Shown: piece by piece, positions 1 to 11,923 of the stretch | Layout: every line of letters begins with the position of its first letter | Numbering within the stretch: the stretch's first letter is position 1 | Assembly (NCBI GenBank): GCA_900128395.1 | Contig: LT649247.1 | Location: 1-63,154, forward strand | Source of the DNA: Stramenopiles sp. TOSAG23-2 | Lineage: Eukaryota | Direction: 5' to 3' | Length of the DNA: 63,154 nt | Position numbers and translations under genes: made by a program | Notes under the pieces: model-generated | What the model was told of the DNA's origin: nothing | The model's database searches: none | Seen by the model: the letters and a program-made list of their open reading frames with translations, nothing else

Positions 1-23
1 TCAATAATTTACCGTCAAATATA

Positions 24-1850
24 ATGATCTTTTTCTTTGGTGGTTTTGGTGTAATCTTATCGTTGTATATATATAGTATAAATAATTTTTCAAAGACTGT
101 ATTTGTAAAATTGACGAAGGATACAGACATATTGATAAATATTGTATGTTTGACTGTGTTACTTTTACTCGAATTTTCAAACATATTTAAAAGCTTAAGT
201 TTCATGGTTGCAACTATTACTATAATGTTTCAAGATGTTTTTGAACTTAAGAATCATAAAATTGTGATATTGTCTTTAGTATTCTTTGCTGTGATAATGA
301 TTGCACGGATTTTAGTGTTAATATACCAAAACAATCATGAGTTTGATATCATTTTATTTCAATTCAACGAAACCAATAGTTTGAAGCTGGGATCGATGAA
401 AATTGCAATCTTTTTTATGCTGTTTTTCGTTCATATACAAACATTAATGAACGCAATTAACGATCCATCGGAAAAGAAATTGTATGTTATTACTTTTCCT
501 ATGTTAATCATAATATCTGCATAAATTTGTTTTAATGCTATAAATTGCAAAATTTTCTAACATATTACAAACTTTATTTTTGTTATAAACAGATTATTCT
601 TATTTGGAGTTGTTCATAAACCAAAAGTATCGATAGAAGAAACATTTGCAATACGGAGAAAAATGTATTCATATGGTACGATAATTGTCGCATTTATATT
701 GTTGTTAATGTTCGTCATAAGTGGTTTTTTTGAACCTGATCTTATTACTCAATTTCTGTGGTACAAAGTATTGTTTTATTTATTTGCTTTCGCTTTATTA
801 ATTTTCTTGATTCCCCTTTTTAATAAAAATATAAATACACAGAATATGAAACGAAATTTTAAAGAGCCGTATGTTTGGATTGTTGGATTGTTACAAATTA
901 TGTATACAACAGTCGACATTATGCAGGCGATTTTAAGTCATGGAAACCTTTTTATAGTAGAATGGTTTCTGTTTGTTTTGCTGACAGCTAGCCTCATTGC
1001 AATAGACTCACTTACATATCGATATCGTGGGTTGCAACTAGGAGCGTTTGTCGTTTACATAATAAATTGTATCAATTTAATAACTAAATGGACATTTAGA
1101 GATGCCAGTACGAGATTTATATTTGGTGAAAATGGAAATATGTCAGACCAAGAATTAAAACGATCGATAATGATGAATATGTTATCTGTAATGATACCAG
1201 CATTTAAACGTGCCTTATTTGATAAAGATAATAAATGTTTAGCTTTTTCTGTATCACCTATTTTTCGCTTGACTGGAACAACAGATGTTGAATGGTTTGA
1301 TCAGAATTATTACATGCGAAAAAGAGAGTCTACGGCATCAAGAAATGTAAGACTTACTACAGAAGCCGCTGAAGAAAGAACTCTGTCTCAAAGAAACCGT
1401 GAAAGTATAATAGTGAAATCATTATCCATTTTCTTCGAAGATAATTTACTTACTACAGAAGCCGCTGAAGAAAGAACTCTGTCTCAAAGAAACCGTGAAA
1501 GTATAATAGTGAAATCATTATCCATTTTCTTCGAAGATAATTTGGACGAAGTTGAGAAAGCGAAACATAGCACTAAAAGTGACAAAAAAAAAAATCGTAA
1601 GCAGAAAGGTAAAAAAAGTAACAATAAAAAGGAAATTGGACAAAGAGGTTCTATATTTGTCAATGTTAAAACGTTTCACAATGATGGTAGTAACGAAGTA
1701 TCAATGACAGAAAAGGAAATGGTGCGCGTAGAAATATCACAGGAAGCTGATATCATAGAGCAACACGAAGAAGATAATGCTATTAATACAGATGCAAAAG
1801 AGGATGAAGCAAAAAAAGAATTGGATGACTATTTAGATCTATGGAGTTAA
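24..1850 (+). CDS. Multi-pass membrane protein of unknown function; 2 exons (<=24..481, 593..1850), probably 5'-partial
   Basis: ORFs 24..524 and 663..1850 join in frame through a GTATGT...TTCTAAC...AAACAG intron at 482..592 (KKL|LFLFGVVHKPK). Many hydrophobic segments and a charged C-terminal tail. Confidence 0.7.
482..592 (+). other. Spliceosomal intron (GT-AG, 111 bp)
   Basis: GTATGT donor, TTCTAAC branch-like motif, CAG acceptor; removal restores the frame. Confidence 0.75.
1352..1543. repeat. Exact 96-bp tandem duplication inside the CDS (32 aa repeated in frame)
   Basis: 1352..1447 = 1448..1543; LTTEAAEERTLSQRNRESIIVKSLSIFFEDNL occurs twice. Confidence 0.9.
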
Positions 1851-2209
1851 TTTTGGCCTCTAGCTCCAACTCCCGGACTAGCAGTCATGGCCTTCGCTAT
1901 GTTATTTAAGTATAACTTGTTTTTCATATTATCATAGTAACATCCTTTTGGTTTTTTATCCTCTGTTTGGTCTACGGCAGAAAGTTGCTTCCACGACCAG
2001 AACACTCTCATTGCAGCATTACATTCTTGCAACGTTTGAATATTCTTATCACAGCTCGCAAGATATTCAGTAGGATCTGTTTTTCCGGATTTTTTTTCAT
2101 ATATTAGTGGCCTTATACATTGTCCCGCATTTATACATTGAAAATAAAAAGCAAGATATAAAATCAAATTAATTGTAGCATAATAATATAATAACTTTTC
2201 CATCGCCAT
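1847..2209 (-). CDS. Small secreted Cys-containing protein, possibly truncated
   Basis: N-terminal hydrophobic signal-like segment and an ECNAA...PKGCYY Cys motif; its stop overlaps the convergent gene's stop at TTAA 1847..1850. Confidence 0.5.
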   Translation of the reverse strand: MAMEKLLYYYATINLILYLAFYFQCINAGQCIRPLIYEKKSGKTDPTEYLASCDKNIQTLQECNAAMRVFWSWKQLSAVDQTEDKKPKGCYYDNMKNKLYLNNIAKAMTASPGVGARGQN

Positions 2210-2293
2210 ATAATAATCGTATTCGTAAAATTAATGTATTATGAATGTATATGTGGAATTTTCGTCTGGCCACAAACAATCCTAAGTACACAC

Positions 2294-2470
2294 ACAATCG
2301 CCGAATCTCTTTGGTGGTGATGGAAACACAGGTACTCCGCTAACGTGCTGATATGGAATTTTTATATATATTTATTTATATATATATATATATACAATCG
2401 CCGAATCTCTTTGTGGTTGGTGATGGAAACACAGGTAATCCGCTAACGTGCTGATATGGAATTTTTATGT
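2294..2470. repeat. Imperfect ~100-bp direct repeat (2 copies) separated by (TA)n
   Basis: acaatcgccgaatctctttg...gatggaaacacaggta.tccgctaacgtgctgatatggaattttta at ~2294 and ~2394, with small differences between copies. Confidence 0.85.
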
Positions 2471-3014
2471 ATATATATATATAGATTTATACAATCGTTT
2501 TCAAGCACCTCAACAACGTTCAACTGAAATGATTTTTTATTTATTTTTTTAGTACGGTACAGGTATAATACCTGGTACTAAAATTATCATATTATCAGTT
2601 GGTATTGATAGGTAAAATGGAATTTCAGTAATATGAATAATCGTACTTAATCTATGCGCCAGAGTTCCATGCTATCACAAATGATTATGATACTTAATGG
2701 TAAATTTAGAATAATACTATACTGCTGTTAATTTATGTTTTATGTCCCCCCATAATTTCGAATTTTTATAGCAACAGGTATACTGTGGTATACTGTGCTA
2801 CTTATACTACGTAATCAGAAAGTGGTATTACGTAATATGTATAGATATCTATTTTATATAGTTATAAATATATATTATTTACTAAAAACAATGTCTTATC
2901 ACAATATCTGGTTGTTTTCTCTTTCTTAGGGAAACGGAGAAGGTTCAAGTGTGTGTGTGTGCGCGCGAGTGTGTGTGACACATATATAGTGTAGGTGCAA
3001 GAGACACGAACATT

Positions 3015-4271
3015 ATGTCTAATAAAACAAGTCCAAAAAGGACAGCAGCTGGTAGAAAAACTGCAGGTGCTGTATCCAAATTGGAGGTAAAAAAGAAAAA
3101 AAATATAGTTGTAGAAGAAAAAGATGATGATTTAGCAGTAAAACCAGTAAATCCATATATTGATTTTATATTGGGTTTAACATTTATCTTATTATGCATT
3201 TATTTAGTGCTTACGTTAAGTAATAAATCCACTTATTACATGCTTGGTTTTTTCATGATTTCGTTGGTAGTTGTTGCATTTGGTAAGTAAATTCTATCCC
3301 CCTGAAACCTGATAAAAAAGACACCCTTCTCTAACACATCACGCATAATATTCATATACGCTACGCTCCATATAGGCACTAATTTAGTTGCATATGTATC
3401 AAAATATGTTGCATTATTTATATCAAGTTGTCGAACTGGGAAAAATATTCCACAGGATTGTAGAAATCCCATGAAATCAAAATTAGCATTGAGGAAATTT
3501 TCTGATCAAGCTTGGCAATTAACGATTCATACAACCATGACATTGTTTGAGGTATATCTATTATTTGTTGTTGTAGATGAAGATAACAATACATCATCAA
3601 AATGGTGGACCAATCCAGAAACATGTTTTCAACCATGTGCCATCGAATTTGCTGAAGGACGAAAAAGAAGGCCTATGGTTTTGAATCAATTTTATTTGTT
3701 TCAATTGGCAATATGGGTTTATACAGGGTTTTCATGCAAATGGGTAGAAGCTAGACGAAAAGATTACCTTGAAATGATGACACATCATGTTGTTACAATT
3801 ATGTTAGTATTATTTTCATTTGCAAATGAAAATCAACCTATTGGGTTAGTGATTTTATTTGTTCATGATTTCAGCGACATATTTTTAGATTTAATGAAAA
3901 TGTGTAATTATATGAAACTTGAAGGGACACATGGTATGTTTATAGTAGAAGCTGTATTTGCATTGAATACATTTATCACATGGCCATATTTACGACTTTA
4001 TTATTTTCCAATACGTGTCATATATAATGGTGCAATGAAAGGTTATATCAATAATTGTGGCGGTGGTGATGAAACAAATAATTTATCGCTTCAATTAAAA
4101 TTATGCCAAGATTTAAGCTTTTGTTTCAGTGGAAATATACTTTTATGTATATTAGCAAGTTTACATTTTTTTTGGTATTATTTAATGCTTCGTATATTGT
4201 ATAAATTAGTTACTGGTAAAAGCAAACCAAATCGTGCAGGGAAAGAAGTATATGAAGGCGAATCTGATTGA
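3015..4271 (+). CDS. Ceramide synthase (LAG1/LASS, TLC domain); exons 3015..3282 and 3376..4271
   Basis: Lag1p motif RKDYLEMMTHH...LFVHDFSDIFLDLMK and acidic C-terminus; intron 3283..3375 joins ORFs 3015 and 3471 in frame. Confidence 0.9.
3283..3375 (+). other. Spliceosomal intron (GT-AG, 93 bp), putative introner-like copy 1
   Basis: GTAAGT donor, TCTCTAAC branch motif, TAG acceptor, phase 1 in a Gly codon; shares blocks with intron 61219..61304. Confidence 0.85.
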
Positions 4272-4804
4272 ATATTTCTATATATACAGAGATCAACATG
4301 TTTCGGTAATTTAAATTACAATGCACCAATACCTTATGTTGTGAAGAAGGAAAATGCATAATTTAAATTTCAATATATTAATAAATTAAAATAGTATACT
4401 AGTACTATGTAAAAGGTTAAGGTGGCGGCATCAGTGTCTCGGATAAAAATAATGATTTTAAGTCTAATAATAGTATACTGTATATACAGAGTATATAGTA
4501 TATAGTACTATAATTTTATAATTTGATAGGAAACCGAATGAATGCTGCTTTAACGCTTTATAATAACTAATATTATTTATTATTTGGAATAAATAGCACG
4601 ATTATTATATAATAATAAGCACATAAGATAATAATAATAATAATAGGCCAAACTAAAACTACTATCATTTGTATAATCATATACATCAACATATTTCCAT
4701 ATATACATAGTTTGTGGCATATGATATCAATATTCATATTTACAAACATTATTCATTATTCTAAATACTGTATAGTATATATTATTTAGAATAGCCAGAA
4801 ATAC

Positions 4805-6745
4805 ATGGGCTGCAATCAAAGCAAGGCATCACCAAACGCGGAATATTTCACTGAGGATCCTGACTTAATTGAAACTGGTGTTGTTCAAAAAAAAAAGATG
4901 CAAAATCCCCAAGAAGTTCAAGATATTGATGATAATAATAATAATAATAATAATATTGTTACAAAAAATAATATCGATACAAGTAACAATAATAGCAATG
5001 ATAATGATACAACTAATATTGCAAAGACAAGTAAAATTGACGAAACAGGTACAGAAAAATTAAAGAATATGCTAATAAAAAAGATAAATGATGAAGATAA
5101 TACAAATATTAATATTAATGATATTAAGTTAAATAATAAGAAAAAAGAAAGTATAGAAAGTAACTCTGCAACAACAACAAGAAACGATGTAGACGATAAT
5201 GCACTTGCACCATCACCATCACCAACAATGGAATCAATGCTTCAAGTTCCCGGAAATAGAAATCAAATTGATGAACATTTATTGTCGAAAAAAATATGGA
5301 ATGCATTTACAGATGGTACTATGCAAAAAATTAAAGAACAAGATGCACAAACATGTACTATTATGCACGAAACAACAGGTCAATTTTTAAATTTATATAG
5401 TAACCATCTTGAACGGTTACATGAATTAAAACATATATGGGAATGCAAAATAGATAATAATAGTAATAGTGGCAATAATAATAATAATAAATTGTCTTTA
5501 AATGCATCCATTTCAAATAATGTATCAAGTATTGTTGCTTTAATCACAAAACATCAAGAGGCAAAAAATCATTTAAATATAAATATATTAAATCCATTAA
5601 TTGAAAATAGTGATACGTATTTACAAACGATTGATTTATTAGTTGAAAAGCATCAGCAATTAGTAGATCAATTAGCAATATATAATGATGAATGTACTAC
5701 AATTGAAATGGAATATCATGAAGCATGTGATCGCGTCGATGCAGCGATCGAGCGACGAAATAAATATGCAAATGAAGAAAATCAAGATGGCCGTTTAAAA
5801 TTAAAGAAAAATGTTGATGCTGCATTGGAATTTATGATTCAAAAAGAAAACGATTACAAAGAAGCATTAGCAAAATATCATCAACATCAAGAAGATATGC
5901 AAAATGAAATTTCACAACTTTTATATGAATTTCAACAATTAAAAGTGAATCGTACGAATTATTGCCAACAAGTTTTTCAAAAACTTGGAGTTGAAATGCA
6001 ACATTCCTCAAAATTATTACTTGAATTTTCACAAATATTGTTAACTTGTTCTACAAACATATCAACTAGTATAGAAATCAATACTGTTGTTAATAGATAT
6101 GAATCGGAAGGTACATTTGAGAAAAATCTACGAGAGTTCAAGAGTGGCGAATCGCAGTCTACTTCAAACCAAAGGAAACAATACCACCAAGCAAACAATG
6201 CATATAAGCATGATGGTGGTAAAAGTGGTGAAACAGATTTCTTAAATACAATGAAAAGCGTTAACGCAACAACAAATAGTGGTGGTGGTAGTGGTGATAA
6301 AATATCATTGAAGAAATTAGAAGCAAATCATCGTAATTTAGATGCACAATCTAAATGGAAATTGAAACATGGTGGTGGTGGTGTTATGGATAGTACAAAT
6401 CCATTTGCTGCTCTTAATGCAAATGCATCGAAAAACATGAAAGGTGGTAATAGTCCAAATAACGTTAAAAAATCACCACCAAGTTTTAAAAAGCCAAGCT
6501 TCAAGAAGCCAACTTTTAAAAAGCCATCATCTTCTTCCACAGAATTAAATAATAAAAAAGTAGTAGCAGCTTCTGTTGGGAAAAATAATATTCAAGGTGA
6601 TGTAATAGTAGTAGAAGATGATAATAGTAGTAGTAGCAGTAACAACAACAATGGTAGCGATGATGATGATGATGATGATGAAGGAAGGGCAATTGAAACA
6701 AATAATGTAAACCCCTTACGAGGTGGAAATAGTGATTCGACATAG
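4805..6745 (+). CDS. N-acylated coiled-coil protein, F-BAR-like
   Basis: MGCNQSK myristoylation/palmitoylation motif; central helical coiled-coil region resembling F-BAR; NPF motif; poly-N and poly-D tracts. Confidence 0.6.
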   Translation: MGCNQSKASPNAEYFTEDPDLIETGVVQKKKMQNPQEVQDIDDNNNNNNNIVTKNNIDTSNNNSNDNDTTNIAKTSKIDETGTEKLKNMLIKKINDEDNTNININDIKLNNKKKESIESNSATTTRNDVDDNALAPSPSPTMESMLQVPGNRNQIDEHLLSKKIWNAFTDGTMQKIKEQDAQTCTIMHETTGQFLNLYSNHLERLHELKHIWECKIDNNSNSGNNNNNKLSLNASISNNVSSIVALITKHQEAKNHLNINILNPLIENSDTYLQTIDLLVEKHQQLVDQLAIYNDECTTIEMEYHEACDRVDAAIERRNKYANEENQDGRLKLKKNVDAALEFMIQKENDYKEALAKYHQHQEDMQNEISQLLYEFQQLKVNRTNYCQQVFQKLGVEMQHSSKLLLEFSQILLTCSTNISTSIEINTVVNRYESEGTFEKNLREFKSGESQSTSNQRKQYHQANNAYKHDGGKSGETDFLNTMKSVNATTNSGGGSGDKISLKKLEANHRNLDAQSKWKLKHGGGGVMDSTNPFAALNANASKNMKGGNSPNNVKKSPPSFKKPSFKKPTFKKPSSSSTELNNKKVVAASVGKNNIQGDVIVVEDDNSSSSSNNNNGSDDDDDDDEGRAIETNNVNPLRGGNSDST

Positions 6746-7077
6746 TTTGTGGCGGGTGAGATATTGCGTTGCGTGTATGTTTTTTAATATTTTATATTTT
6801 TATTATTTTAAATAATTATATATATAAAATTTAAATATTGTGACCATATAAAATATTTCTCCTCTTTATAATAAAAAAAAACATATATATAAATATACAG
6901 TATATATATAAAAATGTAAATCGTAATACAAAAAGGATCTGTACATCAATAATCTCTCTCTCCATTTCAAATATAAAAATGAGTTTTATCATATACAAAG
7001 ATATATTTTTTAAAAATCATTATATACATCATCTCACACTAGTTGCTTCAATTTGGCAATACCCTCTCTTAAAAAAT

Positions 7078-8279
7078 CTACAATCTACTTGAGTTTGTAT
7101 TTGCATTGGAATTATGAATTGCTTCAATAACTTTTTGATTATATAATGTATCAGCAAAACTACATGCATCATCCAACGCACGTTTATTTCCACCTTCAAG
7201 ATATTCTTTAATTTGAAGAGCAATGTTAAATGTCCCTAATGCAGGTGCACCGCCATGATTTCCAGCAGCTTTACGCAAATCTTCTGGTAATCTACCATCT
7301 TTTCTCTCCAATACTACTTTACCTTTTGCGTTATAAAGTACAAATGAATTGCCACTTAATTTAGCGGAACCTTTTGTTCCATTGAAATATGTTGCACCGC
7401 CGCCTTGGCCAGTCATTACACCAGTGATACTTAACGTACCCAATGCTCCACCATCGCAACGGAATTGTGCAGCAACATATTCCTCTGCAGTGCATGGCAC
7501 CATTTTGTTTTCGTCCTCCTTTGTTTTCCAATCTTTTGGATGCATTCTTTTTTCTTTCACAAAGGTTTCTGTCATAGCATTTACGTGCGTAATTTTTTGC
7601 CCAGTAATATAGTGCAACTGATCTATGGAGTGTACACCAGCAGCACCAAGGATACCACCTCCCTTTTCTTTTTCATTCCACCAAACATGATTCCGACCAA
7701 AGGAACCAAAATTCATCATTTGTTGCATATCAAAATGTCTTAATTCACCAATTGCCCCATCAATCAAAATTGCTTGACGTGCTGCTTGAACAGCTGGCGT
7801 GAACCGCATCTCATGGTCAATAATAGCAAATTGATTTGGACGTTTTGATGCTTCATCAAACATCTCTTGGACTTCTGGTACATTTGCTCCACCAGGTTTA
7901 TCCGATAATACGTGTCATGGTCAATAATAGCAAATTGATTTGGACGTTTTGATGCTTCATCAAACATCTCTTGGACTTCTGGTACATTTGCTCCACCAGG
8001 TTTATCCGATAATACGTGCTTGCCAGCGCGTAATGCAGTCAACGCATGTTGTGCGTGCAAATATGTTGGCGATGTAACGGATACAACATCAACCTCTGGG
8101 CAATTACATAGCTCCTCGACAGAATCAAAGGCATATTTCACATTTAGTTTATCACACAATTTTTGTGCTTTTTCTTTTTTCCTTGAATAAATTGCTACTA
8201 CTTCTAGACCTGCTGCCCGGAAGATTGGCGTTTGTACTTTTCCACCCCAATTAGTCCCGATAATTCCAACTTTTACCAT
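7078..8279 (-). CDS. Gfo/Idh/MocA family NAD(P)-dependent oxidoreductase, frameshifted by a 104-bp duplication; C-terminal SRL
   Basis: VGIIGTNWGG Rossmann motif, GKHVLSDKP, GGGILGAAGVHSID; ORFs 7764..8279 and 7078..7863 join when one duplicate copy is removed. Confidence 0.85.
7811..8018. repeat. Exact 104-bp tandem duplication causing a frameshift
   Basis: 7811..7914 = 7915..8018. Confidence 0.9.
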
Positions 8280-8330
8280 GATTATTATATTTATTGTTCT
8301 TAAATATTGTATAGCTTTTTGTTTCTTCTG

Positions 8331-8534
8331 TTTTGTTTTCTTCTATACATCTATATTATATCAGACAGAACATATATCTATAAAGGATATATATATCGAT
8401 ATATCTTTATACTTGAATGATGGATCTTTTTCTTTTGTTTTCTTCTATACATCTATATTATATCAGACAGAACATATATCTATAAAGGATATATATATCG
8501 ATATATCTTTATACTTGAATGATGGATCTTTTTC
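8331..8534. repeat. Exact 102-bp tandem duplication in the 5' region of the oxidoreductase
   Basis: ttttgttttcttctatacatc...tggatctttttc occurs twice. Confidence 0.9.
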
Positions 8535-8975
8535 TTCTATTATCTGGTGAGGAGCCAGTGAGGTGAGACAGAAACAAAATGATATGATGATGTATGGTGT
8601 ATGGAGCTAAGATCAGTGTTTTAAGGTTTTTATAATAGATTTTCACAGTTAAATTTTATGAGACCCAACGTGTCTTTCACAAATAGTCTTGTAAACTTTT
8701 ACACTAGTCGTCTATAAAACTGTATAACTTTTGTTAGTCTGTACAGATAGTACAGTGTTAATATATTCTATACAAAAACGAAATGTCATAACAAAACGTA
8801 ATAGTATCACTACTAGAACATATATATATATATATATCATATTTTATAACACATACAAATATACAAAATATACAACAATTTAGAGAATAAAATAACAATC
8901 AATAATCAACATCATTACCACACACAAACTACAAATAACAAACACACACAAAAAAAAAAAAAACAAAAAAAAAAC

Positions 8976-9176
8976 ATGTTTAGAAGACGTAAAAGTAGTG
9001 ACGTAAAAAGACGTTTATCAAAAGAAGGTCAATCATTATTTACCACAATGAATGAAGAAAACCATGAACAAAGTCCCTTATCTGCAAAAGGCAAATCACT
9101 ATTCAATTGCTTATTTTATACAAAAGATGACAAATATATTGAAACGTTACTATCAGAATGTAGAAAGTCATCTTGA
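8976..9176 (+). CDS. Putative small basic protein (66 aa)
   Basis: ATG follows an A/C-rich leader (aaaacATG) like other genes here; coding-like composition; no recognisable family. Confidence 0.4.
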   Translation: MFRRRKSSDVKRRLSKEGQSLFTTMNEENHEQSPLSAKGKSLFNCLFYTKDDKYIETLLSECRKSS

Positions 9177-9829
9177 TTCGTTATAATACAAGAGTAGATG
9201 CAAAATTGTGATTGTAAATTATATATTCGTGTACAATTATTATTATTATTATTGCAAGGTACACATGCAATTATATTAACGGTATGATTATGATATATAT
9301 TCGTACAATTCGACATTTTGTTTCGATTCATTCTCTTTGTCTATTTGTAGTGTGTATTTGTCATTAGCTAAATGTATATCTGTATCACATGTATTATTGT
9401 ACATATACAGTGACATATGTACACTAATAGTATTGATACACATTACAAAAATATATAAAAATTAAAATGCTGTTGGTCAAACAAATTGAAGATTGATTGA
9501 CGCCTTATATACTGTATAAAATAACACTACACAGCATCCCGTATTATGTCGCTTTGCTTGCACCTTAACCTAACCTGATTAACCTTATTCGACCCTTCTT
9601 CTGTCTAATCAATAATCAGAAGAAACAATTCACCATATTTAGTCTGCGTCGTCAGACTCTTTCCGCACACCATATTCACCAAAAGGATATAGAACAAACA
9701 TTTATTCATATTATATAAATTTAAATAATGAATTGGTGCAATCTCCAACGATGTGGAAGAATCTCGTTATATATGTCAATTAATATACTACATTTGAAGA
9801 GGCAAAGAGTATTGAAAAGATAGATAAAG

Positions 9830-10729
9830 ATGAGTGGAATTAACGGACCACCATTGGAAGAGGAAGACTTTGAAGCATTAGCATATTTTTTATTAGCACA
9901 ACGGGAAGATAGTGGTTCAATCACGGATCCGACGAAGTTATTCCCATTAGCAAGTATTGATGAAGCATATACGATACATAAATATATGACGAAAACGATG
10001 TCTACCCTTGGTAAACATGCGGGTTGGAAGTGTGGTGCATGTGGAGAAAAAGCATGGAGTGGTATGGGACTCACAGAGCCTTTCCGTGCACCATTATTTT
10101 TAAGACGTATGTATAATTCACCTTCGCAAATTAATAAAATTGATGATAATGTTTTTTTATTAGAAGCAGAATTTGCTTTTGTGATGAGTAAAGGTTTACC
10201 GCCTCGTGATAATAAACCATATACCCCGGAAGAAGTTTGGGATGCCGTTGCATTGCTCGCGCCAGCAATGGAAATAGTAGGTACTAGATGGGCTGGAAAA
10301 GCACGGGAGGAATCTGGCGATTTGCAAAGAATTGCCGATGCTGGATTAAACGTTGGTGCCGTATTAGGACTTGGAACACCTTTAAATGCTGATTGTCGAA
10401 GAGATTTGGATGCTGTTGAAGTGAAATTTTTAGTTAACGATGAAGTTGCTGTAGTTGGTTCCGGAAAAAATGTATTAGATCATCCTATTAAATCATTAAC
10501 CTGGTTAGCAAATAATTTATGCGATGCTGGTATTTCAACACAAGATGGAAATTGGGGTGGTGCTGGCCCAGGTTTAGCAGAAGGTGATATTATAATGAGT
10601 GGCGCATGCGCAATGTTATTTGATAATAAATTTAAAGTTGGCGATGTAGTGAAAGCAGATTTCGGTGACTTTGGTACAGTGGAAGTTCTTGTTAATGGAA
10701 GTGCTGAAAAATCGAAAAGCAAATTATAG
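9830..10729 (+). CDS. 2-keto-4-pentenoate hydratase-like enzyme (MhpD / fumarylacetoacetate hydrolase superfamily) with C-terminal SKL
   Basis: AGWKCGA, LEAEFAFV, APAMEIVGTR, GSGKNVLDHPIKSLTWLAN, GDIIMSGAC, ADFGDFGTV motifs. Confidence 0.85.
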   Translation: MSGINGPPLEEEDFEALAYFLLAQREDSGSITDPTKLFPLASIDEAYTIHKYMTKTMSTLGKHAGWKCGACGEKAWSGMGLTEPFRAPLFLRRMYNSPSQINKIDDNVFLLEAEFAFVMSKGLPPRDNKPYTPEEVWDAVALLAPAMEIVGTRWAGKAREESGDLQRIADAGLNVGAVLGLGTPLNADCRRDLDAVEVKFLVNDEVAVVGSGKNVLDHPIKSLTWLANNLCDAGISTQDGNWGGAGPGLAEGDIIMSGACAMLFDNKFKVGDVVKADFGDFGTVEVLVNGSAEKSKSKL

Positions 10730-11225
10730 AAATGCACGCGAAGCGTATATACTGTAAATATATATATATATGGTATATGTACACTGTGTTTTCCATGCGG
10801 AGAGTTGGTGTTGATAAACTCCTTTTGTTTTTTCCAAAACATTTTTTTTTAAATATTTTTTAATATAAAGAAAGGACTTTACAAGAAATACTTTAATACT
10901 TTCTCTTCTCGCTTGTCAACACGAAGTATGCGTGTGTTTCCTCTCCTCTCCTCTCGGTATTGGTAGATTGTGCAGCCGGAAATATTGTTTGAGGAACGCA
11001 TGTACGCTCATATAATGTTATTGTTTCTGTTTATTTTATCACACGATAGAAAAGTTTATATACCACCTTCTTAAACATGGCGTAGCCTCATCATCCGGCC
11101 TGCTGTTGTGGCTGGGCTGGGTGGGCCAGGTTAAGGTTAAAGGTGTGGGATATGGAGCTATTGCCTGTATTGGCTGCAAAACCTATCAAGTATAGTAGTC
11201 TTTTTTTGAGAATTAACCTTAAGTC

Positions 11226-11261
11226 TTGGAGATACGCCCCAAATTTGGGGCGTATCTCCAA
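11226..11261. repeat. Perfect 36-bp palindrome inside the TIR element
   Basis: TTGGAGATACGCCCCAAA|TTTGGGGCGTATCTCCAA. Confidence 0.95.
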
Positions 11262-11271
11262 CTTTCCATTA

Positions 11272-11923
11272 ACAGGTAATAGCATTGACCGCCCAAAATA
11301 TATTACGTTTTGCCATTCGTAAATTATTAAAACTGGTCAATATACCACAAATAAATTGACAAAAGCGGATATTTAAATCATTTAGTGCTATTTAATAACC
11401 CAAAATTGTCATTTTAGTCGTATATTTGATATATTTGGATATTATAAATAAAAGGTAAAACAATAAAAATATATTGTAATGGAAATATATACCTTAATAT
11501 GTACAAAATTATGTATAATATTATATATGTAGTGTATTGGTACAAATTATATAGATTAAATAGGTAAATTCAATCTCAGGAAATTTATTGGATTTATACA
11601 GGTAATAGCATTGACCGCCCAAAATATATTACGTTTTGCCATTCGTAAATTATTAAAACTGGTCAATATACCACAAATAAATTGACAAAAGCGGATATTT
11701 AAATCATTTAGTGCTATTTAATAACCCAAAATTGTCATTTTAGTCGTATATTTGATATATTTGGATATTATAAATAAAAGGTAAAACAATAAAAATATAT
11801 TGTAATGGAAATATATACCTTAATATGTACAAAATTATGTATAATATTATATATGTAGTGTATTGGTACAAATTATATAGATTAAATAGGTAAATTCAAT
11901 CTCAGGAAATTTATTGGATTTAT
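11272..11923. repeat. 326-bp tandem duplication inside the TIR element
   Basis: 11272..11597 repeated at 11598..11923. Confidence 0.9.
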
